A stretch of 64,000 bases of DNA, from the NCBI GenBank assembly GCA_030141605.1, contig JAQGDQ010000025.1, positions 292,907 through 356,906 of the forward strand, read 5' to 3'. Below are positions 1 to 11,795 of the stretch, piece after piece (within the stretch, counting starts at the first letter, position 1; every line of letters starts with the position of its first letter). Under the pieces are notes generated by a model. It did no database searches and had not been told where the DNA came from. It saw only the letters and a program-made list of their open reading frames with translations. The translations under genes and the position numbers were made by a program. Origin of the DNA: Tubiluchus corallicola. Lineage: Eukaryota; Animalia; Priapulida.

Positions 1-216
1 CTTTTCTAATCGCCGAGCTCTCTTAGCTGCCTTCCTTTCTCTCCGCTCTCGCTTGCGATCGGTGTCTGACTTTTCTGTCGAACCTTTCATTTCTTTCCTT
101 GATTTCTCTTTAACTTCCTGGGGAGCTAACAGTGTTGCGTTGCTAGCTGTTACAGGTGCCACTTCTTCGACTGTTATTGATGGCAAATTTGACACAATCT
201 TCACTTCTGGGACAGC
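1..216 (-). CDS. MPHOSPH10: Mpp10 coding exon 8 (partial, continues beyond the window)
   Basis: [35 protein letters not shown]...[11 protein letters not shown]; acceptor TTTAG|. Confidence 0.93.
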
Positions 217-3200
217 CTAAACAGTCAAAAGTAGCCAAGCAGATTGAGAGAGTATATTCACTAGTAAAATTATACACTTTACAGGCAGTTCTCAGCAAAA
301 TAGTAAATAACGAGCATTTATTGTGGTAGAATTTTAAAAAGCAGCAAATATTTACTATGCAGGATTCCGATGTACAGTGAACAGTTGCTATAAGAAGAAT
401 TCTGCATTTTCTCAGTTTCAGATGTCTTTCATTTTTTAATCGCCGGGCTCTTTTAGCAGCCTTCTTTTCTTTAAAAATTGAAATAGCAAATAATTTAAGA
501 TTTAAACACTTAATTTCTTATCAAACCACTGCCCTTATACAACATTGCCTTATATCCAACTAGTTAAAAATATAAAGTACCACATCTAGCCAAAAGCACA
601 TAAAGTTAGCATTAAATTGTCTACCTCTTTCGGAGTATAATGGAAGTTTGAAAGAGCGTCTAGTTTCTGAAACAATGTTGCCATCATGTTTTTAATTTCC
701 GCATGTTCCGGTTTTTCTTCCTCCTCTGTTTCACGCTGGAATTCAAAAAGAAACTATATATTAACGCCTGAAAACTAGTCATAAAACATGACAACAGATA
801 AACTAGTTACTTTACTGTTTTTTACAACTAATAAAATGTTCAATTGGTACATGGTCTTTATTAGTTACAAAAGAACTGAACACTTTTTCGATAAACTACC
901 CTGCTGGTTGGGGAAGCCTATGGATAATCATTTAAAATGACTAAAGAAAAAATGCTTCTACTGCGAACAATTTCATGGAGAAGCAGATCGAACAAAAACT
1001 GACAAATACCAAGTTGCTATTCAATAATAACTGTAAATTAACATGCATTATTCACCTGTAACTGAGTCTGTTTGATATATTCCTGCTCGTATATTTCTCC
1101 TAAACTAAGTTTGCTCTTCTCTTGATCAAGAATAATGTTCTTTTTGTACTCATAGGGGTCGCTCTTTGGTTTCTCCTTGCGCTCGACATCATCCCAAGCT
1201 TGGTCTTTGATTCTTTGCTTAATGATGTCTTCCAAAGTCTTGGTGGTCTCCTCTGTGATTAGAGGAGCTGCAAAATATTTAAAAAATGAAAAATAACACG
1301 TGACCCAGAAATTAAATTTTTCTGTTCATTTTTTTCTCGCAGTTGTCTGCTTCAAACACTGTAGAAAAACAGTTCATGTTATAAAGCCGGACTATCCAGC
1401 ATTAGTTATGAGAATGTTTTTAGTAAAATAATGAGCCACTCAGGTTATGACACAATAAGGACTGTTCTGCAAATTTCATAAATGAAGGTAATTCACGACA
1501 ACTGCAGTAAAATGCTCATTACTACAAATAGTATAATTCCTGGAAAATAATTATCCTGTGAACATAACTTTTATCTTTCATATCAGGATCAGGGGTGCTG
1601 TTTTTACGGAGACAAGAAAACCAGCGATGACGAAAATCACAATTTTTTCGAAAAAACAGAAGTCTGATTTTTTAATTAACATTTAAATAGATTTTTTTAC
1701 TGTAACTTTCATATTAAAGGGCAATGAGTCAATGAGTTTTATGAAGTGATTAGGCAATGCATAATGTATAGTTTTTATTTTTAGTAGGCTATGCGATAAT
1801 GCCACGAAATAACAAAATGAAGCAAACATAAACTAAAAATATTTTGACATTGTATCATTCAGTATCAACATAAAAAATGGTAAACCACACATGACATTTA
1901 AAGTTTTAATATCATAAACAATGCTAGATTAAAACTAGGACCCAATTTAGGCTTGTTCTTGTAAATAAATCCTTATATACTAGTGTTGAAGAAGCACGGA
2001 TCATAACCATTATTTCCAACAGTCAAACGTCTAACCAAGGATAATTCCACCATAATATTTGCCACAAAGTAGCAAGAAAACTCTCAGATTATTATTATAT
2101 CTACTACTATGTCTAATTACAAGGTGACAAACTGATTTCAACAAATTATCAGGGTAGCCATTTTTGTTGTAATTTATTTGTAATATGATTTAGCAGTGTT
2201 TCAAATAACCTTCTGAAAAACAGTACAATTATTTTTACTCCTCAACAATCACATCCTTGAACTTGATTACAATCATAATTTAATTACGAGTTGGATTCCT
2301 TGGGGGTGGAAAATTTTTCAGACTTTCTGGGGTAGTATTGCTTTCATGTAGTCGTCTAGTTGATACTAAACTAATGCAATTTGTAATGATATTATCGTGA
2401 TGTCCACAGAAAGCTTAAGAAAAATATCAAGAACATGATTTAAGTTAAACAACCCCTAAAGGCAAGAATGGTAAAAAGTTAATATTTGTAATCATGGTTG
2501 ACATGACAACTGTGTTTTCTGCAAACTTTACACAACAAACTCTGAATTGCTGCCTTTATAATTTGCTGTAATTTTCTCCCCAATTGGTATGTGCAGTTAA
2601 ATACCAAAATGGTGAAACGACTAGATTATACATGTAAAAGCAAGAAACTTATAATTCAATAAAAAAAACACAGATGACATGCAAAAAACCTTCCTCAGCA
2701 TATCCTGAAACCAGGGCCGGTCTAACCCCTCATGAGGCTCTAAGCACTGAAAAGATTACGGCACCCTCATGTATGTGTAATTTAGGATAAAAATGTACTA
2801 AAGTGTAAAATGAAATGTTATATTTCGAAATGAAAAAACTTGCAGTAAGATTTATTTACAGTAAATAATGGGCAATCAAAAGCAACATTTTCCTGTTTTC
2901 AGCTTCGCCGCATTTTTATAAGCATTATCACACTTGAAATATATTATGGCACATTATATAATATAATCAGTCAATATCATCACATGAGCAGTTAGCAGTT
3001 CACACTGCTCAGTAGAATCTTGATGCCCATCCGTACCATCATAATATTGAAACAATCACAAAAACTGTCCACATATTTTGGTATATTTTACTTTTGCGCA
3101 ACTTTTCAGTTTGAAAAAAATGTGTGGGCTCTTTTCCCCTGAGGCCCTAAACGCAAGTTTATTTTGCTTAACGATTAATCCATGGATGCACGAAACAGTG

Positions 3201-4341
3201 AAAAACTCATTTTACATTTTACAGCCTTTGATATACTTACGAGGATTCACCGTGTGATCAAACAGCAAGTGTTCCTCCAGTAAGCTGTTATCAGGACGTT
3301 TGGCTGCCGAAACTTCTCCAGTTAACTGCCAAGGTTTGTCAGATAACTTCTCCTCCTCCATAGCTGCTATTGTTTGCCTAATCTGTTCAACAACAAGAAC
3401 ATTGTACGTGGCATAAACATATGCACATACAGACACGCAAAACGACCATATGATCCAAGAAATGCAAATTTGCCAGAAAAATGTGAAAAGAAAATTAACA
3501 ACTGTACTTCACTTACTCTGAGGAAGCACTAGGTCGCCATAACAGCTGACCAGTTCTCTAAGTGCAGTGTTTTTCATTTAATTGTTGTCTATATAAGCAT
3601 TCATCCTCCCGTATTGGTGACTATTATAAAGGTCTGTGTCTCTAGCGAATTAACGGCCATTTCTATTTGTTTCCAAGCACTGCTAGTTTATCATGGATTA
3701 AACTCCTTTAGGACTAAATGTTTTAAACGTTTATGTTGAAATGATGACATATTGCTGTTTAGTATGAGTGAGCATTCTCTACCAGAAAGCCAATTCAAAT
3801 CGAATTGAATTTGTGACTTTCGAACTCAAATCAAACCAAATTTGTAGATTTCGAATCCAAGTCGAATTTTAATTGAGTTTTATAGACTTTCGAATCGCTA
3901 ATAAAAAATGGTTTCACAAAAATCATGCACATTATTTGATTTTCTTCTGCAGTAAAAACTAGTGATAATTTGTTTAAAAATTCTGCACAGAAATCGCAGC
4001 TAAAATGCGCTGATTGCACAATGTTTCAAACGTTTTAATGAAAAGAACGTATGTAGTTAAAGTGCTGAATTATTCAAATCTACAATTTTAGATTCCAATC
4101 GAATTTGAACAAAAAAACTCACTTGAATCTAATTCGAACGTTCGATGCTTACCTCTACTGCTTAGTAAATACGAAAGAGGCATTTGCAACAACACATTAC
4201 CATTTAATGAGTGCCTCATACTACTACTACTACTGCTACCACTACCACACCACTACCACGACTACTACTACCACGACCACGACCACTAAGACTACCACTA
4301 CTACTACTACTACTACTACTAATAATAATAATAATAATAAT

Positions 4342-4377
<36 letters not shown>

Positions 4378-7342
4378 AACAATAATAAGAAATGGCGCCT
4401 CATTTTGCTGATTACTGCAAATTCATTTACAAAAATACAATTTTGTACTACAAGACATTACATGATTTAAGAAGAGCAAAATGGCTATTATGTCATCAGT
4501 ATTACCCGATCTTGCCGTTTCTCAAAACTTGACTTTTCCATTTCAGCAGATTTTGCATTTGCAGTTGAGGTATCATCACTGTCCACTGCTTCGGCATCAC
4601 TAAAAATAGATTAATGATGAAGAACAAGTATTTTAATAGAATCACACATTCTGGCTGATCAAATGTTAAAACGAAAACGTGAAAGTATGCCACGCTATGC
4701 TAAAAAAATCACCAATTTTAAAGGTACAATTATATGCACTGAGATATCTCAATGGCTTTTGGACATAAATGATAATTACGCTGCGAATTAAACTATAAAT
4801 AATGTTCTAAAAATAACGTTAATGCAGTTAATCATTTACACCTGCTTATTCTCCCAAAACAATAAACAGCTTAAGAAAATTAATCCAAAGTCAATAAAAT
4901 CATGCTGATATGTTATACATACTCATTAATTTGTTCTTCTGTCTCTACTTCCCCATCCATTGACATTGGGGCATCGAAAAAATCTTCGTATTTTACTTCC
5001 CGGGCATGTATACCATCCTGAAACAACAACAGCAATGGTAAACAACTGCTAAAAGAAAAACCAAAACCGAAATCACTGATTACTTGGGATGCAGGGAGAT
5101 GCAACGCGAATTAAGTTGTTTTAAAAGTTTAAAATTTTTAAAGTTGAATAATATTTAGAAAGATGACTGCAAGCCATAGGAACAGCAATCGAGATATTTA
5201 GTGCTAAATAAAATTGTTTACACGACAAAAATGACTCCAAAAATATATACGAGAATGAGTACCTCACTCACTTCAGCAGTCTTTATAAGAGTGCTACATT
5301 AACAACAGATGGAAAAGCTTAATCCACCATGTAGAAATATTCTCAGTATCTTGTTTCCTTAGTACCAGAAAGAAACATGCAAATAATATATACATCGTGA
5401 TCATGCCATATATTATGCATCCCTTGTGTGCTTACTGTTTCATATTTCACACTTCTAGAATCATTGTGACTCATAAGTAGATTTAAACCTTTTATTCCTG
5501 AATAAAGAATTGAGCAGTGAGTTAACGTCTACTAACAAACCTCATCTTCACTAGAAGTGATGTCGTTAAAATAATCCACATCATTTTCGTCATCAGGTTC
5601 TGATTGCTTATTCTTGTGTCGTCTTTCCTCTTTTTTGTCCTCTTCCTCTAAAAATGATTCCATGTCAGCTAGCTTAAAGAATTGGTCATCTACCACAGAT
5701 CTTTTCTTTAATCTAAAGTTGTCATCAGTTTTTATGTCATTGTCGCTACTAGTGCCATCTTCATCGCTTGGTTCATAAGCACTGTTGACTGCATTAAAAT
5801 CGAAATCTATTTCAGAGTCCGAGCCGCTTTCAATACCACTACGGGCTGACAATGTCTCTGCTTTCTCATCACTCAAATCCAAATCGGGTTCTTCTTGCTG
5901 TTGATGTTCATTAACAGGCACTACACCATCACGTGTTTCTTCGTGCGGAAGTTGCGAAGCACTAAATGACGACAATAAGAAAGGGTTGCTGTAACTACGT
6001 AAAGAAAGCAATTTCGAACATTTGGTAACACTTCTTGAAATTGCTTTGACCAAGGTTTTAATCTGTGTATTATTCTGCAATTCAAGCTGCTGCCAAATCT
6101 GTTCATCATCAAATTTATCAATGACAAGTTTTGGCAGTGCGGTCCTGGCAGTCGAAGATTCCTGGCTTTTTGCATTGTCATATAGGCGTTTTGCAAATTT
6201 TTGTAGCTGAAATGCTTTTTGATATGTGCTGCTATCTGAACTGCAATAAAAAGAAATAAAATCGCAAAGACACACTTATATGTAAAAATAACACTTTAGA
6301 TAGTTTTTTTGGTGAAAAAGACTACTGAAGCTATTATCTACCAGGAAACTGGTGCAGTGCTCACTTAATAAAATTAGGCTTATTAGGATAAGAGTGACAA
6401 AGGTCTAAATAAAAACCATAAATGGAAAGAATGCTTTGAGTCGATTTCATCTGCCATATTACCCAGCTATTTTTTGCATTGCCAAAGGATACATATATAC
6501 AAAACACACATCTGAACATGGGGTAAACTGCCTGTGCCATGAGATAGGCCAAGGTTTCAATGCACTGCCATCATCCAGTAAAACCTGTAAATTCTGCTAT
6601 TGGGTGGTCTAGCTTTCAGTGCAATGAGGATGCGGCTAGACTGTCTAAGCATAAATGAAAAGTGAATTTTCATAGCTCTGGTGTCCGACATCGCTAATTT
6701 ATTTGACATATCAAAAATTTTAAAATCAGGTACAACAGGCCAAAGTCTAGATTCTTCAGAGTTTTCAGCAATGTTTCACACTAATGAAAAATGCAAACAA
6801 GATATGGTAATTACATAAATGGTATGGCATATTTTGATTTCCACAGTCCTGCCTTTCCCTTAGATTGTGAATAGGATTTATGCTATAAATGAACAAGTCG
6901 TACATTGAACAATGAAGACGATTCTTAAAAATGGTTTTTAAATAATATTACTTTTTGACAACTTTGGGGTAGTCAGCCGTTTTAATGTCAGGCATAGAAT
7001 AATATAAAACAGAATATTTGCAATTATTGAAGATAAGTTTGGGTGTTGAACATTTTAGGTAATTGGTTCTGGCGCCAATGCTTGCCTTGGCAATTATTCG
7101 GACTCTATGTTTTCTTTCTCATTGGAAAGATCACTAACGTCAAACGTACAACCGACAGCAAATGATTTATTTGTATTGGGTATAAAAAATTAAATTGTTA
7201 ATTTGAACCAATGCTAAAATGGATACAAGTCATATCATAATAATAGTACTAGTAGTAGTACTAGTACTAATATTCACTTTTTAAGGCTTCTAGTTTCACG
7301 AGTAGTTTATCTAACTCAATGGTGATTCTTTTACGAGTTAGA

Positions 7343-7395
<53 letters not shown>

Positions 7396-7551
7396 CCTAT
7401 TTTACAGTATTGACAGGAACGAGTAGATCGTTCACAAAAAATCGCACGAACATCATGCATACCTAATGTATTTATGTGGTTCACGAGTTACGTGTGCTAA
7501 TTCAGTTAACAAATCGTCTAAAATACACCCGCATTTTTCTGAAGCAGACAT
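1..7551 (-). CDS. MPHOSPH10: U3 snoRNP protein Mpp10 (M-phase phosphoprotein 10), 3'-partial; complement(join(<1..216,625..735,1056..1267,3241..3382,4506..4599,4923..5017,5541..6240,7463..7551))
   Basis: Mpp10 motifs [101 protein letters not shown] and [12 protein letters not shown]. All seven introns are GT-AG with compatible phases (2,0,2,0,1,0,0). Confidence 0.96.
625..735 (-). CDS. MPHOSPH10: Mpp10 coding exon 7
   Basis: [33 protein letters not shown]; acceptor TTCCAG| and donor GAG|GTAGAC; 111 nt, phase 0/0. Confidence 0.92.
1056..1267 (-). CDS. MPHOSPH10: Mpp10 coding exon 6
   Basis: [30 protein letters not shown]...[18 protein letters not shown]; acceptor TTGCAG| and donor CAG|GTGAAT. 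Confidence 0.94.
2712..3188. mobile_element. Degenerate non-autonomous hAT-like DNA element in a Mpp10 intron
   Basis: Left end CAGGGCCGGTCTAACCC and right-end-like GAGGCCCTAA...TTAATCC are typical of invertebrate hAT-type MITEs. The right TIR is decayed and no TSD is recognisable. Confidence 0.35.
3241..3382 (-). CDS. MPHOSPH10: Mpp10 coding exon 5
   Basis: [27 protein letters not shown]; acceptor GAACAG| and donor C|GTAAGT. Confidence 0.93.
4219..4389. repeat. Compound trinucleotide microsatellite (TAC/CAC)n-(AAT)n-(AAC)n
   Basis: Seen directly; intronic. Confidence 0.95.
4506..4599 (-). CDS. MPHOSPH10: Mpp10 coding exon 4 (...[13 protein letters not shown])
   Basis: Acceptor TTTTTAG|, donor CGG|GTAATA, and the KSSFEKRQ motif. 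It is read in a different frame from the listed ORF 4502..4693. Confidence 0.88.
4923..5017 (-). CDS. MPHOSPH10: Mpp10 coding exon 3 ([15 protein letters not shown]...)
   Basis: Acceptor TTTCAG|, donor GA|GTATGT, and the Y-x-DFFD motif. Confidence 0.88.
5541..6240 (-). CDS. MPHOSPH10: Mpp10 coding exon 2
   Basis: Lies within ORF 5532..6275; acceptor TTGCAG| and donor GAG|GTTTGT; contains [11 protein letters not shown] and DDQFFKL. Confidence 0.95.
7347..7392. repeat. (TA)n microsatellite
   Basis: Seen directly. Confidence 0.95.
7463..7551 (-). CDS. MPHOSPH10: Mpp10 coding exon 1 ([29 protein letters not shown])
   Basis: ATG at 7551 and donor AG|GTATGC. Phase 2 joins exon 2 in frame; the peptide resembles the vertebrate Mpp10 N-terminus. 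Too short for the ORF track. Confidence 0.8.
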
Positions 7552-7705
7552 GATTAATAACAGAGTTGAAAGTTGTTGATCAAAGCTTATGAATTTATTA
7601 CGACTTTACGAGCCGAGCAACCCAGCCGAAGATACAGCACTTAACGCATTGAGCACGTGTATGAGATTATGAGTATATTTTTGAGAACGAGTAGAGTATG
7701 CTGAG

Positions 7706-7720
7706 TAGCGCCATCTACTG
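7706..7720 (-). promoter_or_regulatory. CTCF-like motif upstream of Mpp10
   Basis: The reverse complement CAGTAGATGGCGCTA closely matches the CTCF core consensus. Confidence 0.45.
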
Positions 7721-9330
7721 TTCATATTGAAAGCTTTAGATGTTTCATTAGAACTGGAAGTTTAGAACACAGATTGATCGATATGAGCTTTTGAATACTT
7801 GGGAGTGGTGCTGACAGCAATTTATCATAACATTATCGAGTAGATTACTGCTGTGCTTACCTGTTGAGCAGATTTCTCTTATTATTCAACTTCTACCTGC
7901 CCAGTGTTTGCAATAAACGTTATGGGAATAGTTTTATGATGATAAACATCAATTTAATTTTAATTTTAATTCAATATTTTTTGCTCAAATACATATAATG
8001 TACATTGCAAAACACTAAATATAATCCATACTTATGAAATAATAAGTACATATAAAATTAATTCATATAAGCTTTGTGCACAAAGTTATTTTGATAGACA
8101 GTGATAATTTTTTTTATTGTATTGTGGCATTGTTAAGTTGACTGCCTAATTAAAATGTAATACACTGATACAAGAACCCCGTTAAATATTGCTTTTCGGC
8201 AATGAAAGAAAAATCACATAAGAACAGCAAGTATTCCAGCTTTGAGATTTTAAAAAAACAGAACTTTCCAAAGACAAATGTATGTCGAAAAATGCAGGTT
8301 AGATGAAATGAAAGATGTGATAGAAAGATGTTACAGCAAATTTTAAAAACTGTATAAATGGGATCGGAAATGTTTTTTATGCCACAGGTAGCAAAGGATA
8401 CTACTGAGCATCTTTTTGAAATTAAAGCTGTGCATATCAACAAGTTGGGCCTATCTGCACAAGATATAAGTGAATAGAACATAGATTAATTACTACTGAC
8501 TAGGATGTTGCATAAATTATACTTTACGTATACTTTATGTTGAAAATAAAAATATAATTAAAGACGAGTGAACAGTAAAGGCAAGTTGACATAAAAGACA
8601 TTTGGTGTGATTCGGTCATGAAGAGGATAGAGAGCGTATCCACGGTAGCTTTTATATAAAGTTGCGACTATAAGAATCATGGCTATGGCAAGTTGACAAC
8701 TATGACCATCAATTATAACAAGAATAATACGTTATAACATATTAATGACAACAACAGCAGAACAACAACAATTATTGAATACTTTTTTGTCAGGATCGTC
8801 GGCCCGGCTGTCATTCTGTCACGGACCAATAAACAAATATGCAGATGTCCAATAAACTGAACGAATGTGACTGTAAAACAGCATGTACGTGCGTCGTTTC
8901 ACTGTGAAATTACTGTTGTTGTGAGAGCCGAATCCGCGAAATTGTTGATGTCCATTTTAGGCTTTATTGTTTATTTTATGTGTTATTTTGTTACATTTTA
9001 GCTGAAGTATTCTATTTTATAATTAGCTTCAAAATAATCGTAGTCTGACAGGTGACTGTAATTGAAAGAACCTTTTAATGACGTCTAGTACTATTGGCTA
9101 AAGTCGAATTTGCCGGCAGCTTATTTTGAATTTGGATACATGTTTTTGTAAAAATTTATGTTTGCATATTAGCAAGTTTAAACTAGCAGCCTACTTGTAC
9201 AACAACTTGTTGTCACTCGCCCTGAGATAAAAGGGATTTAGGCATCCGATGGATGGATGGAGGATTCTATTTTAAATAAATTAGGCCTACGGTGTATTCT
9301 AAATTTTTGGTGGAGTGACTGACTTATCGA

Positions 9331-9979
9331 CGGCGCTATTACACTTTCGCACCGCCTAGCTTTTTCTAGGTTATTACTCGTTTCTAGGCTCGTACTTCAT
9401 CATTCTATTATTCTTACGTCATCAGTGAACGTTTCCGCTAATCTAATTGTAATTTAATCATATATTTAGGTATAATTACCAATAATTACGTTTTATTCAC
9501 AGTTCTACACCTGTACAGGGCGTATCGCCATCTTGTTTGTGTGTGTAGTCATGTGACGAATTTCATACTAGTTTAAGCATTATCAGGGCCTAGCTTAAAG
9601 GGCACGTGACACACTTTTATCTTAATTGCATTTACGAAATAAAGAAAAAACCTTTACTTTTATAATCTAATATGTGGGAACACTGTAATACGATACAAAC
9701 TCCGGTGGCTGCAACCATAATAATCATAAATTATGCAAAGAAACTAAAAATACAGGTTAAGGGCCACATACGTCACTGCGCAAGAGCGATTGCGCATTAG
9801 TGGTATAAATACGGTTATTCACGTGGAGCTTTTTGCGTCGGAATTATAAAGCATAAAAAGCAGTAATATTATGGGAATATGGTGTATATTACGCCTCTTG
9901 GTCTGCTTTCTGGCCTGCAGGCGTGAAAAGAACCAATAGGCCAGGAAAAGCTAGGCGGTGCGAAAGTGTAATAGCGCCG
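9331..9979. mobile_element. MITE with 34-bp perfect terminal inverted repeats and 7-bp TSD
   Basis: CGGCGCTATTACACTTTCGCACCGCCTAGCTTTT (9331..9364) is the exact reverse complement of 9946..9979; TTATCGA flanks both ends (9324..9330 and 9980..9986). Confidence 0.9.
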
Positions 9980-11189
9980 TTATCGACTTATCATCAGTAA
10001 AGACTAACAGTGAGGTACACATTAGTATCAATCAGAAAATATTCTGCTTTATATTCTGGGCAAAATAAGGTTTAGACCTTAAAGAAGAGCCCAAAGACAA
10101 AGGTCAGGTATCAGCATTGGGGCAGATCTTTTCTAAAGAGTGAGGGCTATTGTTTTTTTTTATATTCGATTGGTATAAAGTTCATAGCAAAATTAACGTA
10201 TAAAATGCTAGATTAGTAGTGGTGCATCATTCAGCATATTATCATATGAAGGTTTAACCCCAGTCGGCACTATATCCTGCGTATAAGTACTGGTCACAAA
10301 TCCACCCCTGGGAGAAGTTGTGCTGCACTAGCCAACAGACCATAAATGTCATAAGATGCTAGTCTCAACAATGGTAGCTATTAAGTAACCGCTATTAAAT
10401 GATAGCTATTAATTATTATCACTTACTGATAATTACTAATAACAGGAGACAGCAATAGGAATACACTGAATATTCGGATTGCCGAATTTTTCCCCCAAAT
10501 AGCAGTGTAAAAAAACCTCGATAATAATCATTGAATGTCTCGGTGAAGTTTCATTATACCGAAGTTACTTTTCTAGCAGTTATAACATTGCTTAAAAATC
10601 AATATTTGCCAGATACTTACCAAAATTTGTCCGAAAATTAGTCTCATAGTAAACAACAACACGGCACAACAGCCGAGGTTTTGTTTTATAATTCTATCTG
10701 ATAACTAAAAAAATATGATGCAGCGTTTATGTGGAGTAACTCAACCTTCAGATAGAATTAAAGGCAATGAAAATCAATGAAGTTACGAACTTCTCCAGTA
10801 CCAGTACTATTTTTATTGATGACAAGGTGGAAATGTTTTTGTGAACAAGTCACCATTTTGCAATTCACTATGTTAAAGTGCATCATTGTGGGATTATACA
10901 TAACTATCTTTGCTTAACACCACACGAATGTCATTAACTGTTTGACTACGAATAAATATACTTCCAATTTAGTAAGAACAAACAAATAATATCTTCTTTA
11001 TAATGATTTGTGCCAATAAATAACTGGCAAAGGTGTTAGTAGCCTTGACAACATTGTTATAGGCATTTTAATAGCAAAAAAATGTTTTATATGTATTAAT
11101 TGTTAATTGGTGTTAGCTTGTATGCAGCTAATGGTCGCAGTGCTAGCATAAAAGCAGCACCGTGACATTGGAAGGTTATATACCAATTC

Positions 11190-11670
11190 TAAAGGGGAAG
11201 AAGAGAGAATTTTAAACTATATTCTAAAGAACTTTCCATACAGAGTTATATTAGTTTGCATTATGTTTACCTGTTTGAAAGACTTCTGTAAATGAAAAGG
11301 AAAATTCTGAATAATTTAAAGTGTTTGCGCCACTTAGTACACCAGTACCGTATCCCAGTGTGCAGCATCGATTCGTCAGAAAACACTTACTGAAAAACAA
11401 CATAAAATATTTTAAACTTTTTTGGTTAGTTAGTGAAGAATATGCTACAAATGTCTTGATTATTTTTTCAAACTTTATGCAATGTTATCTAGACTTTTTT
11501 CAAACGATACTTACCGTTAAAGTGGCTGTGTGTAACATTATTGCGACAGTTATAATTTACAAGTTTAAGCTAATACAAGCCTTGTATGGAGTTGGACAGC
11601 ATGTAAGTGATATAAAATTTCAAGACAAGTTTTTAAATTTATTTAGGAAGAGCGTTTTCTTGTGCTTTAA
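11190..11670 (+). mobile_element. Dispersed non-autonomous DNA-element family, copy 1
   Basis: ACTTTCCATACAGAGTTA...TTACCTGTTTGAAAGACTT...GAAAATTCTGAATAATTTAAA recurs at ~35400-35480 and inverted at ~54905-54985. An AAAGGG-type start suggests Kolobok-like (inference). Confidence 0.6.
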
Positions 11671-11795
11671 GTGATCTGTATAGCAGAGCAATAATAATGT
11701 TTTCCTGATATTTGTTGCAGGAGCAAGGTTGTGGTTGAGAACATTCAAAGGCAAGGACAGTTAACTAGTTTTGCTCTGTGCCAGAAAATATTATA

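Noticed and set aside
4105-4470. Poly-T/N ORFs, and similar ones at 27208, 38866, 43241, 57769, 61511 and 63165
   Set aside because: Translations of microsatellites or low-complexity DNA.
217-7462. Intronic snoRNAs in Mpp10 introns
   Set aside because: No convincing C/D box pair with terminal stem or H/ACA fold found by eye; needs snoscan/Infernal.
11321-11674. 117-aa ORF upstream of the zinc-finger gene
   Set aside because: GTG start, no motifs, and it lies in a dispersed repeat whose copy at ~35.4 kb does not preserve the ORF.
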